Below, one piece after another: positions 1 through 7,718 of a stretch of 35,059 nucleotides of DNA. The notes below the pieces were generated by a model that did no database searches, was not told where the DNA came from, and was given only the letters and a program-made list of their open reading frames with translations. Every line of letters starts with the position of its first letter. Positions within the stretch are counted from its first letter, which is position 1. Made by a program: the position numbers and the translations under genes. Source of the DNA: Terriglobales bacterium (lineage in GTDB: Bacteria > Acidobacteriota > Terriglobia > Terriglobales > Acidobacteriaceae); NCBI GenBank assembly GCA_046714215.1, contig JBKKBM010000276.1, positions 1-35,059 on the forward strand, written 5' to 3'.

Positions 1-176
1 TCTCGCATGGGCAACGCGTGACTCGTGGCGATATCATTGGATACGTCGGGCAGAGCGGACGCAGCACCGGGCCGCACGTCCACTACGAAGTCCACATCCA
101 CAACACCCCGGTGAATCCTTATAAGTATCTGCGCACCACGCTGGCGCAGGTTGAATTCGCCGCAAAAGCGGACTAA
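1..176 (+). CDS. M23 (LytM-type) metallopeptidase, C-terminal fragment; 5' end lies outside the window
   Basis: Frame 3 reads ...RVTRGDIIGYVGQSGRSTGPHVHYEVHIHNTPVNPYKYLRTTLAQVEFAAKAD*, stop TAA at 174-176. The G-x-S-G-x-STGPHVHYEV block is the characteristic HxH zinc-ligand region of M23 peptidases. Confidence 0.8.
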   Translation, partial: SHGQRVTRGDIIGYVGQSGRSTGPHVHYEVHIHNTPVNPYKYLRTTLAQVEFAAKAD

Positions 177-189
177 CGCTCTCAATCAC

Positions 190-1251
190 TTATTTCTTGC
201 GGTTAGTCTTCTGCGGTGGCGCGGGCTGCGCCGTCTGCGGCTTTGCTTCCGTCGCCGCCGGCGTATCCGTCATCGCTTTCCGGATGAATCCTGCGGGCAG
301 CTCCGCGGTCAGCACCGCGCGCGTATCTTGCTGCTGCACTTTGACGCTGTCGAAGAACGCCTTCACATCCGCATCGGGCCCGCCCGCCTGCACGCTGCTC
401 TCAACCGCGCGGAAGAGTTGAAAGAAATTCGTGAGCGACTCAGTGAGCTGCTTCGCGTCGGCTTCATTGGCGGTGAAGGATTCCGCCTTGAACTGGATCG
501 CGCCCAAATAACGCAGCGAGGCCACCGTCACTGTCTCGGCGGGTAACTTGAACTCGATGCCGGTGGGCAAGGGTAGCGTCATCGCGCGTCCCTCGGGCGA
601 AGGCAGCGAAACGATGGCCCACGCGCTGCTGCCGAGCGGCACTTTTCGGTAGTAATCGCTGAGTAGCTTCGGGCCGCCAAAGGGCAAAGCGATCTTCTGA
701 TGACGATCGATCATTCCGCGGATGACGGCCGGGTCGCTGATGTTCGAGACGGCGACCAGGTTGACGCTCAGGATGGAGATGCGCACGGTGCGGCCTTCAT
801 GCGGAATGGTGAAGACGTCGAAGTTCCGATACTTCTCCACGCCGCTGGCCAGCTTGTGCAGGTAGTGGTTCATCCGCGAAGCATCGAAGCGCGCCTTGAA
901 TATCTCGGAGAAGCGTCGCTGCATCTCCGGACCCAGCGGGCGCGGTGTCATCTCCGCCGGATGAATGGCGATGGCTACTTCGTCCAGATCGCGCTCGAAT
1001 TGAAAGCCGGTCTGGCGGACGAATTCTTCATACTCGGGCTCGCGGGCGATAGCGATGGGGGACGAGCCGGGGGATGCGACAAACGCCGAGGCCAGCCGGA
1101 AGCCCGAGAGGTTTACGTAAACCACTCCTTCCGATTCAGGCAGCAGTCGCGCGACCTCCGGAGCTGCCAGTTTGCGCAGGTAGACGGCGCCGGCAATCAG
1201 CAGGATGACGACTACCACCCCGATAGCCAGCCAGATTCGGCGTTTTCTCAT
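190..1251 (-). CDS. Hypothetical membrane-anchored protein (one N-terminal TM helix, large non-cytoplasmic domain, Pro/Ala/Thr/Lys-rich C-tail)
   Basis: 353-aa ORF. The N-terminus MRKRRIWLAIGVVVVILLIAGAVYL is a signal-anchor. The frame is long and coding-like with no family motif I recognise. The overlapping + strand ORFs 151-546 and 700-1374 are Arg-rich artefacts. Confidence 0.7.
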   Translation of the reverse strand: MRKRRIWLAIGVVVVILLIAGAVYLRKLAAPEVARLLPESEGVVYVNLSGFRLASAFVASPGSSPIAIAREPEYEEFVRQTGFQFERDLDEVAIAIHPAEMTPRPLGPEMQRRFSEIFKARFDASRMNHYLHKLASGVEKYRNFDVFTIPHEGRTVRISILSVNLVAVSNISDPAVIRGMIDRHQKIALPFGGPKLLSDYYRKVPLGSSAWAIVSLPSPEGRAMTLPLPTGIEFKLPAETVTVASLRYLGAIQFKAESFTANEADAKQLTESLTNFFQLFRAVESSVQAGGPDADVKAFFDSVKVQQQDTRAVLTAELPAGFIRKAMTDTPAATEAKPQTAQPAPPQKTNRKK

Positions 1252-1515
1252 AAGTTAAGGAGGGTCGGGAGGAGGGTCAGGCAGGTTGGTTTTGAGCCGG
1301 TAATCGGCTCCCGCCACCGTCCGGAATCATACCACCCAAGGGCCGGCCAGACGCGAGGGGCTTGCAGAGGATAGAGGCGGGGAATGTCGGTGGGCGGCCC
1401 CAGCAAAACGAGGCCTGCGGGGAGGGCGCGCCGGCGCCCTGGGGTATAATCAGGAGTGTATTAATAAAAGAGTTACCTTAGCGACCGGAAGGCAGCCGGA
1501 TAGGCGGGCGATTGG

Positions 1516-1544
1516 TTGCACGTCAAGTGCCGTTATGTTAATCT
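1516..1544 (+). promoter_or_regulatory. Candidate sigma70-type promoter for the tRNA-tuf transcription unit
   Basis: TTGCAC (1516-1521), a 17-nt spacer, then TAATCT (1539-1544), about 85 nt upstream of the first tRNA. Motif match only. Confidence 0.3.
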
Positions 1545-1628
1545 TTCATTCTTGTCCTGTGCCTCCGATTCGATCCTGCCAAGCCGTACTTTAGAGTCAA
1601 GATCATGGGTGTCACGGGTGAGGAGTTC

Positions 1629-1704
1629 GCTGGCGTAGCTCAGGTGGTAGAGCATCTGATTTGTAATCAGAGGGTCGGGGGTTCAAATCCCTTCGCCAGC
1701 TCCA
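1629..1704 (+). tRNA. tRNA-Thr (anticodon TGT), CCA encoded
   Basis: Manual cloverleaf: acceptor GCTGGCG/CGCCAGC, D arm GCTC-AGGTGGTA-GAGC, anticodon arm TCTGA-TTTGTAA-TCAGA, T arm GGGGG-TTCAAAT-CCCTT, discriminator T plus CCA. Confidence 0.9.
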
Positions 1705-1913
1705 GGCAACAAAAGAGCAAAGATCAGGCAGATCAGCGCGTGCAGAGCGCGTTGTTGGGAAAGAGAACGCGCAGAGCACGGTCCTTCCGAGAATGCCCTC
1801 CACGAGGTATGAGGAACTTTCCGTACGGGTTACACGCTTGCGCGGGAGTTTGCTTGCCCGAAATCTTGCCCTTTTGATTGCCGGCTGACGCGTTCAGCGA
1901 TTGATTAGGATTG

Positions 1914-1989
<76 letters not shown>

Positions 1990-2035
1990 GGATTAAAGGC
2001 TGTGTCGATGGCTGAGTGGCGCTCGGCTAGCGGAC

Positions 2036-2123
2036 GCACAGGTGGCCGAGTGGTTAATGGCAGCAGACTGTAAATCTGCCGCTCTTTGGAGCTACGGAGG
2101 TTCGAATCCTCCCCTGTGCACCA
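2036..2123 (+). tRNA. tRNA-Tyr (anticodon GTA), long variable arm, CCA encoded
   Basis: Acceptor GCACAGG/CCTGTGC, D arm GCCG-AGTGGTTAA-TGGC, anticodon arm GCAGA-CTGTAAA-TCTGC, long variable arm CGCTCTTTGGAGCTAC, T arm GGAGG-TTCGAAT-CCTCC, then ACCA. Confidence 0.9.
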
Positions 2124-2171
2124 GATTTGAAGTTTGTCGTAGAAGTAGCAAATGAAGCGCAGACGCGGATT

Positions 2172-2363
2172 ATGAAACTGGGAGCGGCGCTAGTTCTACT
2201 GGCGGTCTTGGCCGTCGCAAGCTGGATGACGTTGAGCGATCCCAGATTTCGCGCGGTCACGTTGTTGGTTTTAGGCGGGTGCGCGGTGAAGATCTGGATC
2301 GAGCACAAGCGCCGAGTTTTGGAAGAGCAGGACGGCAGCAGCGGCAGGTTAGGGCGGGAGTAA
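2172..2363 (+). CDS. Possible small two-TM membrane protein (63 aa) between tRNA-Tyr and tRNA-Gly; doubtful
   Basis: ATG at 2172 gives MKLGAALVLLAVLAVASWMTLSDPRFRAVTLLVLGGCAVKIWIEHKRRVLEEQDG..., with two hydrophobic helices. The RBS is weak and several codons are rare-looking (cta, tta, gtt). The 3' end runs into a tRNA-Gly-derived fragment. Confidence 0.25.
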   Translation: MKLGAALVLLAVLAVASWMTLSDPRFRAVTLLVLGGCAVKIWIEHKRRVLEEQDGSSGRLGRE

Positions 2364-2401
2364 CCGGTAGGTCAGGGCTTAGCCCTGACTAGAGTCACAG
2401 C
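2352..2401 (+). pseudogene. Truncated 5'-half copy of tRNA-Gly interrupted by a palindrome
   Basis: GGGCGGGAGTAAC (2352-2364) is identical to 2426-2438, the acceptor/D-stem 5' side of the real tRNA-Gly. TAGAGTCACAGC (2390-2401) is identical to 2446-2457. The D-loop is replaced by 25 nt containing the perfect hairpin GTCAGGGC-TTA-GCCCTGAC (2371-2389). There is no anticodon or T arm. Confidence 0.5.
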
Positions 2402-2427
2402 AGGACAGTGTAGGGCGGCGGTGTTGG

Positions 2428-2502
2428 GCGGGAGTAACTCAGTGGTAGAGTCACAGCCTTCCAAGCTGTTGGTCGCGGGTTCGATTCCCGTCTCCCGCTC
2501 CA
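2428..2502 (+). tRNA. tRNA-Gly (anticodon TCC), CCA encoded
   Basis: Acceptor GCGGGAG/CTCCCGC, D arm ACTC-AGTGGTA-GAGT, anticodon arm ACAGC-CTTCCAA-GCTGT, T arm GCGGG-TTCGATT-CCCGT, then TCCA. Confidence 0.92.
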
Positions 2503-2670
2503 TTTATAGGAGGGCTCCGCAGCAAGCTGCTTCGCCCTCGCAATGTGGTTCGCGCAATACGGCGCTCACCGTTGCTCACCCGGTTTAGTTTTAAGGGGCT
2601 CCGCAGCAAGCTGCTTCGCCCTCGCAACGTGGTTCGCGCAATACGGCGCTCACCATTCGCTTACCCGGTC
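2503..2670 (+). repeat. Tandem direct repeat, two units with an 84-nt period (conserved core about 73 nt)
   Basis: Cores at 2512-2584 and 2596-2669 read GGGCTCCGCAGCAAGCTGCTTCGCCCTCGCAA[T/C]GTGGTTCGCGCAATACGGCGCTCACC[G/A]TT(G)C[TC/TT]ACCCGGT and are nearly identical. The same element occurs reverse-complemented at 8149-8220. Confidence 0.9.
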
Positions 2671-2691
2671 ACCGGGGAGAGAGTTTAGAGA

Positions 2692-3021
2692 ATGGCATTT
2701 ACGCAGGCACAGATACCGGTCGCGAATGCGGAAACGTTCGCCAAGCTGAAGGACGCCATCGCCCAGGCATTGAGCGCAGCTCATGTGGAAAAGTTTTTGC
2801 GGGTGGCTCAGGACACGGGACTGCGTATTCGTGATTTCGAGGAGCTGACGAAAAAGTCAGTGTTCGACAAAGTGGTTCCGCCGCAAGGTGGCGCGCAGAA
2901 TCTTTATCAGCAGTTGCCGGCATCCGATCAGGGTCAGATCCGCGAGTTCTATCTCTCGCAGGTCGAAGAAGTGGATCCGGCGCTACGCGGCAAGTATCGC
3001 AAGCTTTATCAGTACGCATAA
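2692..3021 (+). CDS. Hypothetical soluble protein (109 aa) immediately upstream of tuf
   Basis: ATG at 2692 is preceded by GGGGAGAGAG. Codon usage is coding-like (G/C-rich third positions). The stop lies 20 nt before the tuf start with no intervening terminator. I recognise no family motif. Confidence 0.6.
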   Translation: MAFTQAQIPVANAETFAKLKDAIAQALSAAHVEKFLRVAQDTGLRIRDFEELTKKSVFDKVVPPQGGAQNLYQQLPASDQGQIREFYLSQVEEVDPALRGKYRKLYQYA

Positions 3022-3041
3022 CTTTTTCGTAGAGGACCACC

Positions 3042-4229
3042 ATGGCAAAAGAAAAATTTGATCGCAGCAAGCCGCACGTGAACGTGGGAACGATCGGACA
3101 CATCGATCACGGCAAGACGACGCTGACGGCGGCCATCACGAAGGTGTTGGGGAAGCACAACCCGAACATCAAGTTCCGTTCGTTCGATTCGATCGACAAC
3201 GCGCCGGAAGAGCGGGAGCGCGGCATCACCATCGCGACCGCGCACGTCGAGTATGAGACGGCCAACCGGCACTACGCGCACGTCGATTGCCCGGGCCATG
3301 CCGATTACATCAAGAACATGATCACCGGCGCCGCGCAGATGGACGGCGGCATCCTGGTGGTGGCTGCGACCGACGGTCCCATGCCGCAGACGAAAGAGCA
3401 TGTGTTGCTCGCCCGTCAGGTAGGCGTGCCGTACATCGTCGTGTTTCTGAACAAGTGCGATGCGGTGGAAGATCCCGAACTGATCGACCTGGTCGAGATG
3501 GAAGTCCGCGAGCTGTTGAACAAGTATCAATTCCCGGGCGACACGCTGCCCGTCGTCCGCGGTTCGGCTTTGGGCGGACTCAACGGCGACGCGAAGTGGG
3601 AAAAATCCATTGACGAGCTCATGGACGCCGTCGACAAGCACGTGCCGCTGCCGGCGCGCGACATCGATAAGCCGTTCCTGATGCCGATCGAAGACATCTT
3701 CTCCATCTCCGGACGCGGCACGGTGGTGACCGGACGTATCGAGCGGGGCAAGGTGAAGGTCGGCGAGGAAGTTGAGATCGTAGGCTTCCGCGAGACGCGC
3801 AAGACGGTCGTCACCGGCGTGGAGATGTTCAAGAAGCAGCTCGACGAGGGTCTGGCGGGCGATAACGCCGGCTTGCTGCTGCGCGGTATCGCGAAAGAAG
3901 ACGTGGAGCGCGGCATGGTGCTGGCGAAGTCCGGCTCGATGACGCCGCACACCAAGTTCAAGGCGGAGGTGTACGTCCTGAGCAAAGAAGAAGGCGGACG
4001 TCACACTCCGTTCTTCAAGGGCTATCGTCCGCAGTTCTACTTCCGCACCACCGACGTGACCGGTGTGGCGGAGTTGCCGGCGGGCGCCGAGATGGTGATG
4101 CCGGGCGACAACGTCGCGCTGGTCGTGGAACTGATCACGCCGGTGGCCATGGAAAAAGGTCTGCGCTTCGCCATCCGCGAAGGCGGACGCACCGTGGGCG
4201 CAGGCACCATCAGCGAGATCTTGGCGTAG
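3042..4229 (+). CDS. tuf: Elongation factor Tu
   Basis: 395 aa with the GTPase motifs [18 protein letters not shown] and NKCD. Collinear end to end with bacterial EF-Tu. AGAGGA RBS at 3031-3036. Confidence 0.99.
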   Translation: MAKEKFDRSKPHVNVGTIGHIDHGKTTLTAAITKVLGKHNPNIKFRSFDSIDNAPEERERGITIATAHVEYETANRHYAHVDCPGHADYIKNMITGAAQMDGGILVVAATDGPMPQTKEHVLLARQVGVPYIVVFLNKCDAVEDPELIDLVEMEVRELLNKYQFPGDTLPVVRGSALGGLNGDAKWEKSIDELMDAVDKHVPLPARDIDKPFLMPIEDIFSISGRGTVVTGRIERGKVKVGEEVEIVGFRETRKTVVTGVEMFKKQLDEGLAGDNAGLLLRGIAKEDVERGMVLAKSGSMTPHTKFKAEVYVLSKEEGGRHTPFFKGYRPQFYFRTTDVTGVAELPAGAEMVMPGDNVALVVELITPVAMEKGLRFAIREGGRTVGAGTISEILA

Positions 4230-4243
4230 GGGAACTCAACGTG

Positions 4244-4263
4244 GCGGCTCCGGAAGGAGCCGC
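4244..4263 (+). other. Intercistronic GC hairpin after tuf (no U-tract)
   Basis: GCGGCTCC-GGAA-GGAGCCGC, an 8-bp stem with a GNRA-like loop, 15 nt after the tuf stop. The absence of a T-run argues for a stabiliser, processing or partial-pause element rather than a strong terminator. Confidence 0.4.
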
Positions 4264-4324
4264 GACCCAACATGTCGGCGGCACAGTTTGTCTGTGTCCC
4301 CATAAAACAGATTAGGAAACGACA

Positions 4325-4474
4325 ATGCGGGAAATCATCACGTTACAGTGCGCGGATTGCAAAGAGCGTAATTACTCGACGACTAAGAACAAGAAGACGA
4401 CTACCGGCCGCTTGGAGTTCAGCAAGTTCTGCCGGCGTTGCCGCAAGCATACTTCGCATAAAGAGACGAAGTAG
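4325..4474 (+). CDS. rpmG: 50S ribosomal protein L33 (49 aa; below the ORF-track length cut-off)
   Basis: Hand translation gives [49 protein letters not shown]. It has the typical L33 CxxC...CxxC zinc-ribbon form. AGGAA RBS at 4314-4318. It sits in the canonical position between tuf and tRNA-Trp/secE. Confidence 0.93.
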   Translation: MREIITLQCADCKERNYSTTKNKKTTTGRLEFSKFCRRCRKHTSHKETK

Positions 4475-4576
4475 GGTCATTGGTAATGTGGAATTTGTAA
4501 TTTGTGATTGAAAAACAGGCTGACGGTTCTGCTTTTCAAATTACCCGATTACAATCACAAAATTACCAATTTACAT

Positions 4577-4652
4577 AGGGGCGTAAGCTCAATGGCTAAA
4601 CTGTCGGTCTCCAAAACCGAACTTGGGGGTTCGAGTCCCTCCGCCCCTGCCA
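4577..4652 (+). tRNA. tRNA-Trp (anticodon CCA), CCA end encoded
   Basis: AGGGGCG...TCGGT-CTCCAAA-ACCGA...GGGGT? T arm GGGGTTCGAGTCCCTCC, 3' acceptor CGCCCCT, then GCCA. Close to the E. coli tRNA-Trp sequence as I remember it. The rpmG-trpT-secE context is canonical. Confidence 0.9.
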
Positions 4653-4683
4653 AAGTTTAGATGGACTAACGGGTTTGTACCAC

Positions 4684-4944
4684 ATGGGAGTTTCGAAAGT
4701 GGCGACTGCAAGCGTGGAAAGCGGAGCGGGCAAGGCATTAGGCTTTCTCGACCGGACAAAAAGGTTTTTAGGGGACGTGCGCACCGAGATGCGCAAGGTC
4801 ACTACTCCCTCGGCCAAGGAAGTGCGGGCGACGACTACGGTGGTCATCATCACTGTGTTCATCTTTGCGCTGTACTTCTTTGTAGTCGACCGGGTGATGG
4901 GGTATGGCATCGATCGGTTGCTGCATTGGGCGAAGTCACTGTAA
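4684..4944 (+). CDS. secE: Preprotein translocase subunit SecE (single-TM form)
   Basis: MGVSKVATASVESGAGKALGFLDRTKRFLGDVRTEMRKVTTPSAKEVRATTTVVIITVFIFALYFFVVD... shows the conserved SecE amphipathic region followed by a TM helix. ATG at 4684 is chosen; an in-frame TTG at 4675 is an alternative start. Confidence 0.9.
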   Translation: MGVSKVATASVESGAGKALGFLDRTKRFLGDVRTEMRKVTTPSAKEVRATTTVVIITVFIFALYFFVVDRVMGYGIDRLLHWAKSL

Positions 4945-4958
4945 AGGATCAGCGCCGG

Positions 4959-5678
4959 ATGAGTCCGGACACGAAAATGACGGAAGAGATTAAAAACGAA
5001 CAGGTCGCTGACGCGGAGAACGCGACCACGCAGACTGCGGAATTGACCGCTGAACAGGCGGAGCAGACGCCGCCGCCGCCCGAACAGCCGGCGGTGGCAG
5101 CGGAGTCAGCTCCTGAGCAGGCGCCTGAGCATCCGGTGAACCCCAACATGAAGTGGTACATCATCCACTCGTATTCGGGTTTTGAGCGCAAGGTGAAGGA
5201 ATCGCTGGAATCGCGGGTGCAGGCCTTTGGCCTGGAAAACAAGATCGGACGCGTGGTCATTCCCACCGAGCCCGTCACCGAGATCCGCAACGGCAAGAAG
5301 TACACCATGGAGCGCGCCTTCCTGCCCGGCTACGTGCTGGTGGAGATGGACCTCAATGACGATGTGTGGCACGTGGTGAAAGCCACGCCGCGCGTCACCG
5401 GCTTCTTGGGTACGGGACAGAATCCCTCGCCGCTTTCGGAAGAAGAAGTCAATCAGATCGTGTACCGCGTCAACGTCGGCAAAGATAAGCCGAAGCTGCG
5501 GGTCAAGTTCGAGAAGAATGAGACGGTGCGCATCACGGAAGGACCGTTCCAGACGTTCACCGGCCTCATCGACGAGGTGAACGACGACAAGGAAGAGGTC
5601 ACCGTGATGGTCACCATCTTCGGACGTTCCACTCCGGTGAAGCTCGAGTTCGGGCAGGTAGAAAAAGTCGTCGCGTAG
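4959..5678 (+). CDS. nusG: Transcription termination/antitermination factor NusG with an N-terminal extension of about 60 aa (acidic, Pro/Ala-rich)
   Basis: NGN domain KWYIIHSYSGFERKV... and KOW domain VRITEGPFQTFTGLIDEV. ATG at 4959 has an AAGGA RBS at 4944-4948. The track ORF 4623-5678 runs over tRNA-Trp and secE and is over-extended. An alternative start at 5148 (MKWYII) has no RBS. Confidence 0.93.
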   Translation: MSPDTKMTEEIKNEQVADAENATTQTAELTAEQAEQTPPPPEQPAVAAESAPEQAPEHPVNPNMKWYIIHSYSGFERKVKESLESRVQAFGLENKIGRVVIPTEPVTEIRNGKKYTMERAFLPGYVLVEMDLNDDVWHVVKATPRVTGFLGTGQNPSPLSEEEVNQIVYRVNVGKDKPKLRVKFEKNETVRITEGPFQTFTGLIDEVNDDKEEVTVMVTIFGRSTPVKLEFGQVEKVVA

Positions 5679-5735
5679 AGCGACACAGAAATCTGAAGCG
5701 TGGATGGTCGCGCGAGTGGAAGGAACAACGTATTT

Positions 5736-6170
5736 ATGGCACCGAAAAAGGTCACAGGTTATGTGAAGTTGCAGATTGCGGCGGGTAAAGCCACGCCGGC
5801 ACCGCCGGTGGGTCCCGCCCTCGGGCAGGCGCAGATCAACATCATGGAGTTCTGCAAGCAGTTCAACGCTCGCACCAGCGCCAAAGAGATGGATGGCCTC
5901 ATCATCCCGGTGGTGATCTCGGTCTATAACGACCGCAGCTTCACCTTCATCACCAAGACACCTCCGGCGTCCATTCTGTTGAAGCGCGCGGCGGCGGTGG
6001 CCAAAGGTTCGGGCACGCCCAATAAGGAAAAGGTGGGCAAGGTCACCGAGAAGCAGGTGGCGGAGATCGCAAAACAGAAGATGCCGGATTTGAATGCCGC
6101 CACGCTGGAGACAGCGATCAAGAGCATCAAGGGCACGGCCCGCTCGATGGGCATCGACGTCGTCGCCTAA
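5736..6170 (+). CDS. rplK: 50S ribosomal protein L11
   Basis: [44 protein letters not shown]... is the canonical L11 N-terminus. GGAAGGA RBS at 5718-5724. Confidence 0.97.
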   Translation: MAPKKVTGYVKLQIAAGKATPAPPVGPALGQAQINIMEFCKQFNARTSAKEMDGLIIPVVISVYNDRSFTFITKTPPASILLKRAAAVAKGSGTPNKEKVGKVTEKQVAEIAKQKMPDLNAATLETAIKSIKGTARSMGIDVVA

Positions 6171-6264
6171 GTATCGGCGCATAGAGTTTTAGTTCTTTTA
6201 TTCAAGGACCACGGCCTGCCGGAACAGGGGCAGCGCGGTGGAAGACAAAAAGGAAGAAGTCGAA

Positions 6265-6972
6265 ATGAAGAAGTCAGGAAAAAATATCACGAAAGCGCGC
6301 GCGGGGGTGGAGAAGCGCCCTTACACGCTGGCCGATGCGGTGCCCCTGCTGCAGAAGGTCAAGTTCGCCAAGTTCGATGAGACCGTAGAGGTCACGTTGC
6401 GCCTGGGCGTGGATCCGAAACATGCCGACCAGATGGTCCGCGGCACCGTAGTCCTGCCGCACGGTCTGGGCAAGTCGAAAAAGGTGCTGGTCATCGCCAC
6501 CGGAGAAAAACAGCGCGAAGCCGAAGCGGCGGGCGCGGACTTCGTCGGTGGAGAAGAGATGGTGGAGAAGATCCAGAAAGAGAACTGGACGGACTTTGAC
6601 GCCCTCATCGCCACGCCGGACGTGATGAAGTCAGTCGGCAAACTAGGTAAGGTGCTCGGCCCCAAAGGCTTGATGCCCAATCCTAAGACGGGCACGGTGA
6701 CCTTCGATGTGGCCACGGCGATAAAAGAGATCAAGGCCGGCAAGGTGGAGTTCCGCACGGACAAGACCGCGCTGGTGCACGTGCCGGTGGGCAAGATCTC
6801 GTTCTCGGTCGACAAGTTGGTAGAGAACGCCACCACCATCATCACCAGCGTGGTGAAAGCGAAACCGGCGGCCGCCAAGGGTAAGTACATCAAGGCTGCG
6901 TATATCTCTTCGAGCATGGGGCCGGGCGTCGCGCTCGACACCAGCGCGGTGGAATTGGCCGCGAAGGCGTAA
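6265..6972 (+). CDS. rplA: 50S ribosomal protein L1
   Basis: [25 protein letters not shown]...[22 protein letters not shown] is typical L1. AGGAAG RBS at 6251-6256. The GTG at 6238 is rejected as an upstream extension. Confidence 0.96.
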   Translation: MKKSGKNITKARAGVEKRPYTLADAVPLLQKVKFAKFDETVEVTLRLGVDPKHADQMVRGTVVLPHGLGKSKKVLVIATGEKQREAEAAGADFVGGEEMVEKIQKENWTDFDALIATPDVMKSVGKLGKVLGPKGLMPNPKTGTVTFDVATAIKEIKAGKVEFRTDKTALVHVPVGKISFSVDKLVENATTIITSVVKAKPAAAKGKYIKAAYISSSMGPGVALDTSAVELAAKA

Positions 6973-7023
6973 CGAATCTGGCCGCGGGTCAGGTTCCCGC
7001 GCCGTACGAAAAGGAATGGTCAT

Positions 7024-7557
7024 ATGGCGGTAACAAAGGCGAAGAAGGCGCAGCAGATCGAGAAGCTCAGCACCGATCTGAAGGGCGTGAACAACATGGT
7101 GGTGGCGACGTTTGAGAAACTCACCGTCAACCAGGACTTCGAACTGCGCAAAGCAGTCCGCTCCGCGGGCGGCAAATACAGCGTGGTCAAGAACAAGCTG
7201 GCCGGGCGCGCCGCGCAGGGAACCGCGCTCGAAGAAGCGCTCAAAGGCTTGAAGGGCGTGACCTCCATCGCCTACACCACCGGCGATCCGGTGGCGTTGG
7301 CGAAAGCCGTCGCTAAGTATTTGTCTGACAACAAGGAACAGTTCAGCGTCAAGGGCGGCGTGGTCGAGGGCAAGATGGTCTCGCCCAAGGAACTAGCGGC
7401 GCTGGCCACGATGCCGAGCAAAGAAGAGCTGTATTCGAAGTTGCTCTTCTTGATCAATGCTCCGGCGCAGCGTCTGGTCACGGTGATGAATGCCGTAGGC
7501 CGCGACGTCGCCGTGGTCATCAACCAGGCGGTCGAGCAAAAAAAGTTTGCCGAGTAG
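7024..7557 (+). CDS. rplJ: 50S ribosomal protein L10
   Basis: 177 aa with L10-like sequence (VVATFEKLTVNQDFELRKAVRSAGGKYSVVKNKLA). AAGGA RBS at 7011-7015. Position between rplA and rplL. Confidence 0.96.
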   Translation: MAVTKAKKAQQIEKLSTDLKGVNNMVVATFEKLTVNQDFELRKAVRSAGGKYSVVKNKLAGRAAQGTALEEALKGLKGVTSIAYTTGDPVALAKAVAKYLSDNKEQFSVKGGVVEGKMVSPKELAALATMPSKEELYSKLLFLINAPAQRLVTVMNAVGRDVAVVINQAVEQKKFAE

Positions 7558-7718
7558 CGGTACCACTCGGTGGGGTCGTAAAAAGTTTGGTCGCTTACGT
7601 CGTGGCGTTGGGCAGCACCTCTCACGCAGCTTGGTCTGGGGCGAGTGAGACCGGGTGTAGCCCACTGGAAGCATGACGGCGGCGGTGCAGGAACGAAGTT
7701 CAAATTAGGAGAACAGTA

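Noticed and set aside
2503-2670. A possible mini-CRISPR array
   Set aside because: There are only two units, directly adjacent with about 11 nt between cores and no unique spacers. There is no cas gene, and the same element occurs inverted 5.6 kb away. It behaves as a dispersed repeat, not a CRISPR.
3009-4004. 331-aa ORF antisense to tuf, plus the 152-aa ORF at 3527-3985
   Set aside because: It lies entirely inside and opposite to a certain EF-Tu gene. The translation is Arg/His/Leu/Asp-rich and low in complexity, which is typical of the open antisense frames found in high-GC genes.
4623-4958. The upstream part of track ORF 4623-5678 as an N-terminal extension of NusG
   Set aside because: It reads through the 3' half of tRNA-Trp and the whole secE gene in another frame. 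The proper nusG start with an RBS is at 4959.
6171-6264. An L1-binding autoregulatory mRNA site (23S H77/78 mimic) upstream of rplA or rplK, and an L10 leader at 6973-7023
   Set aside because: I could not recognise the conserved L1-site or L10-leader structure by eye. No claim is made without a covariance-model search.
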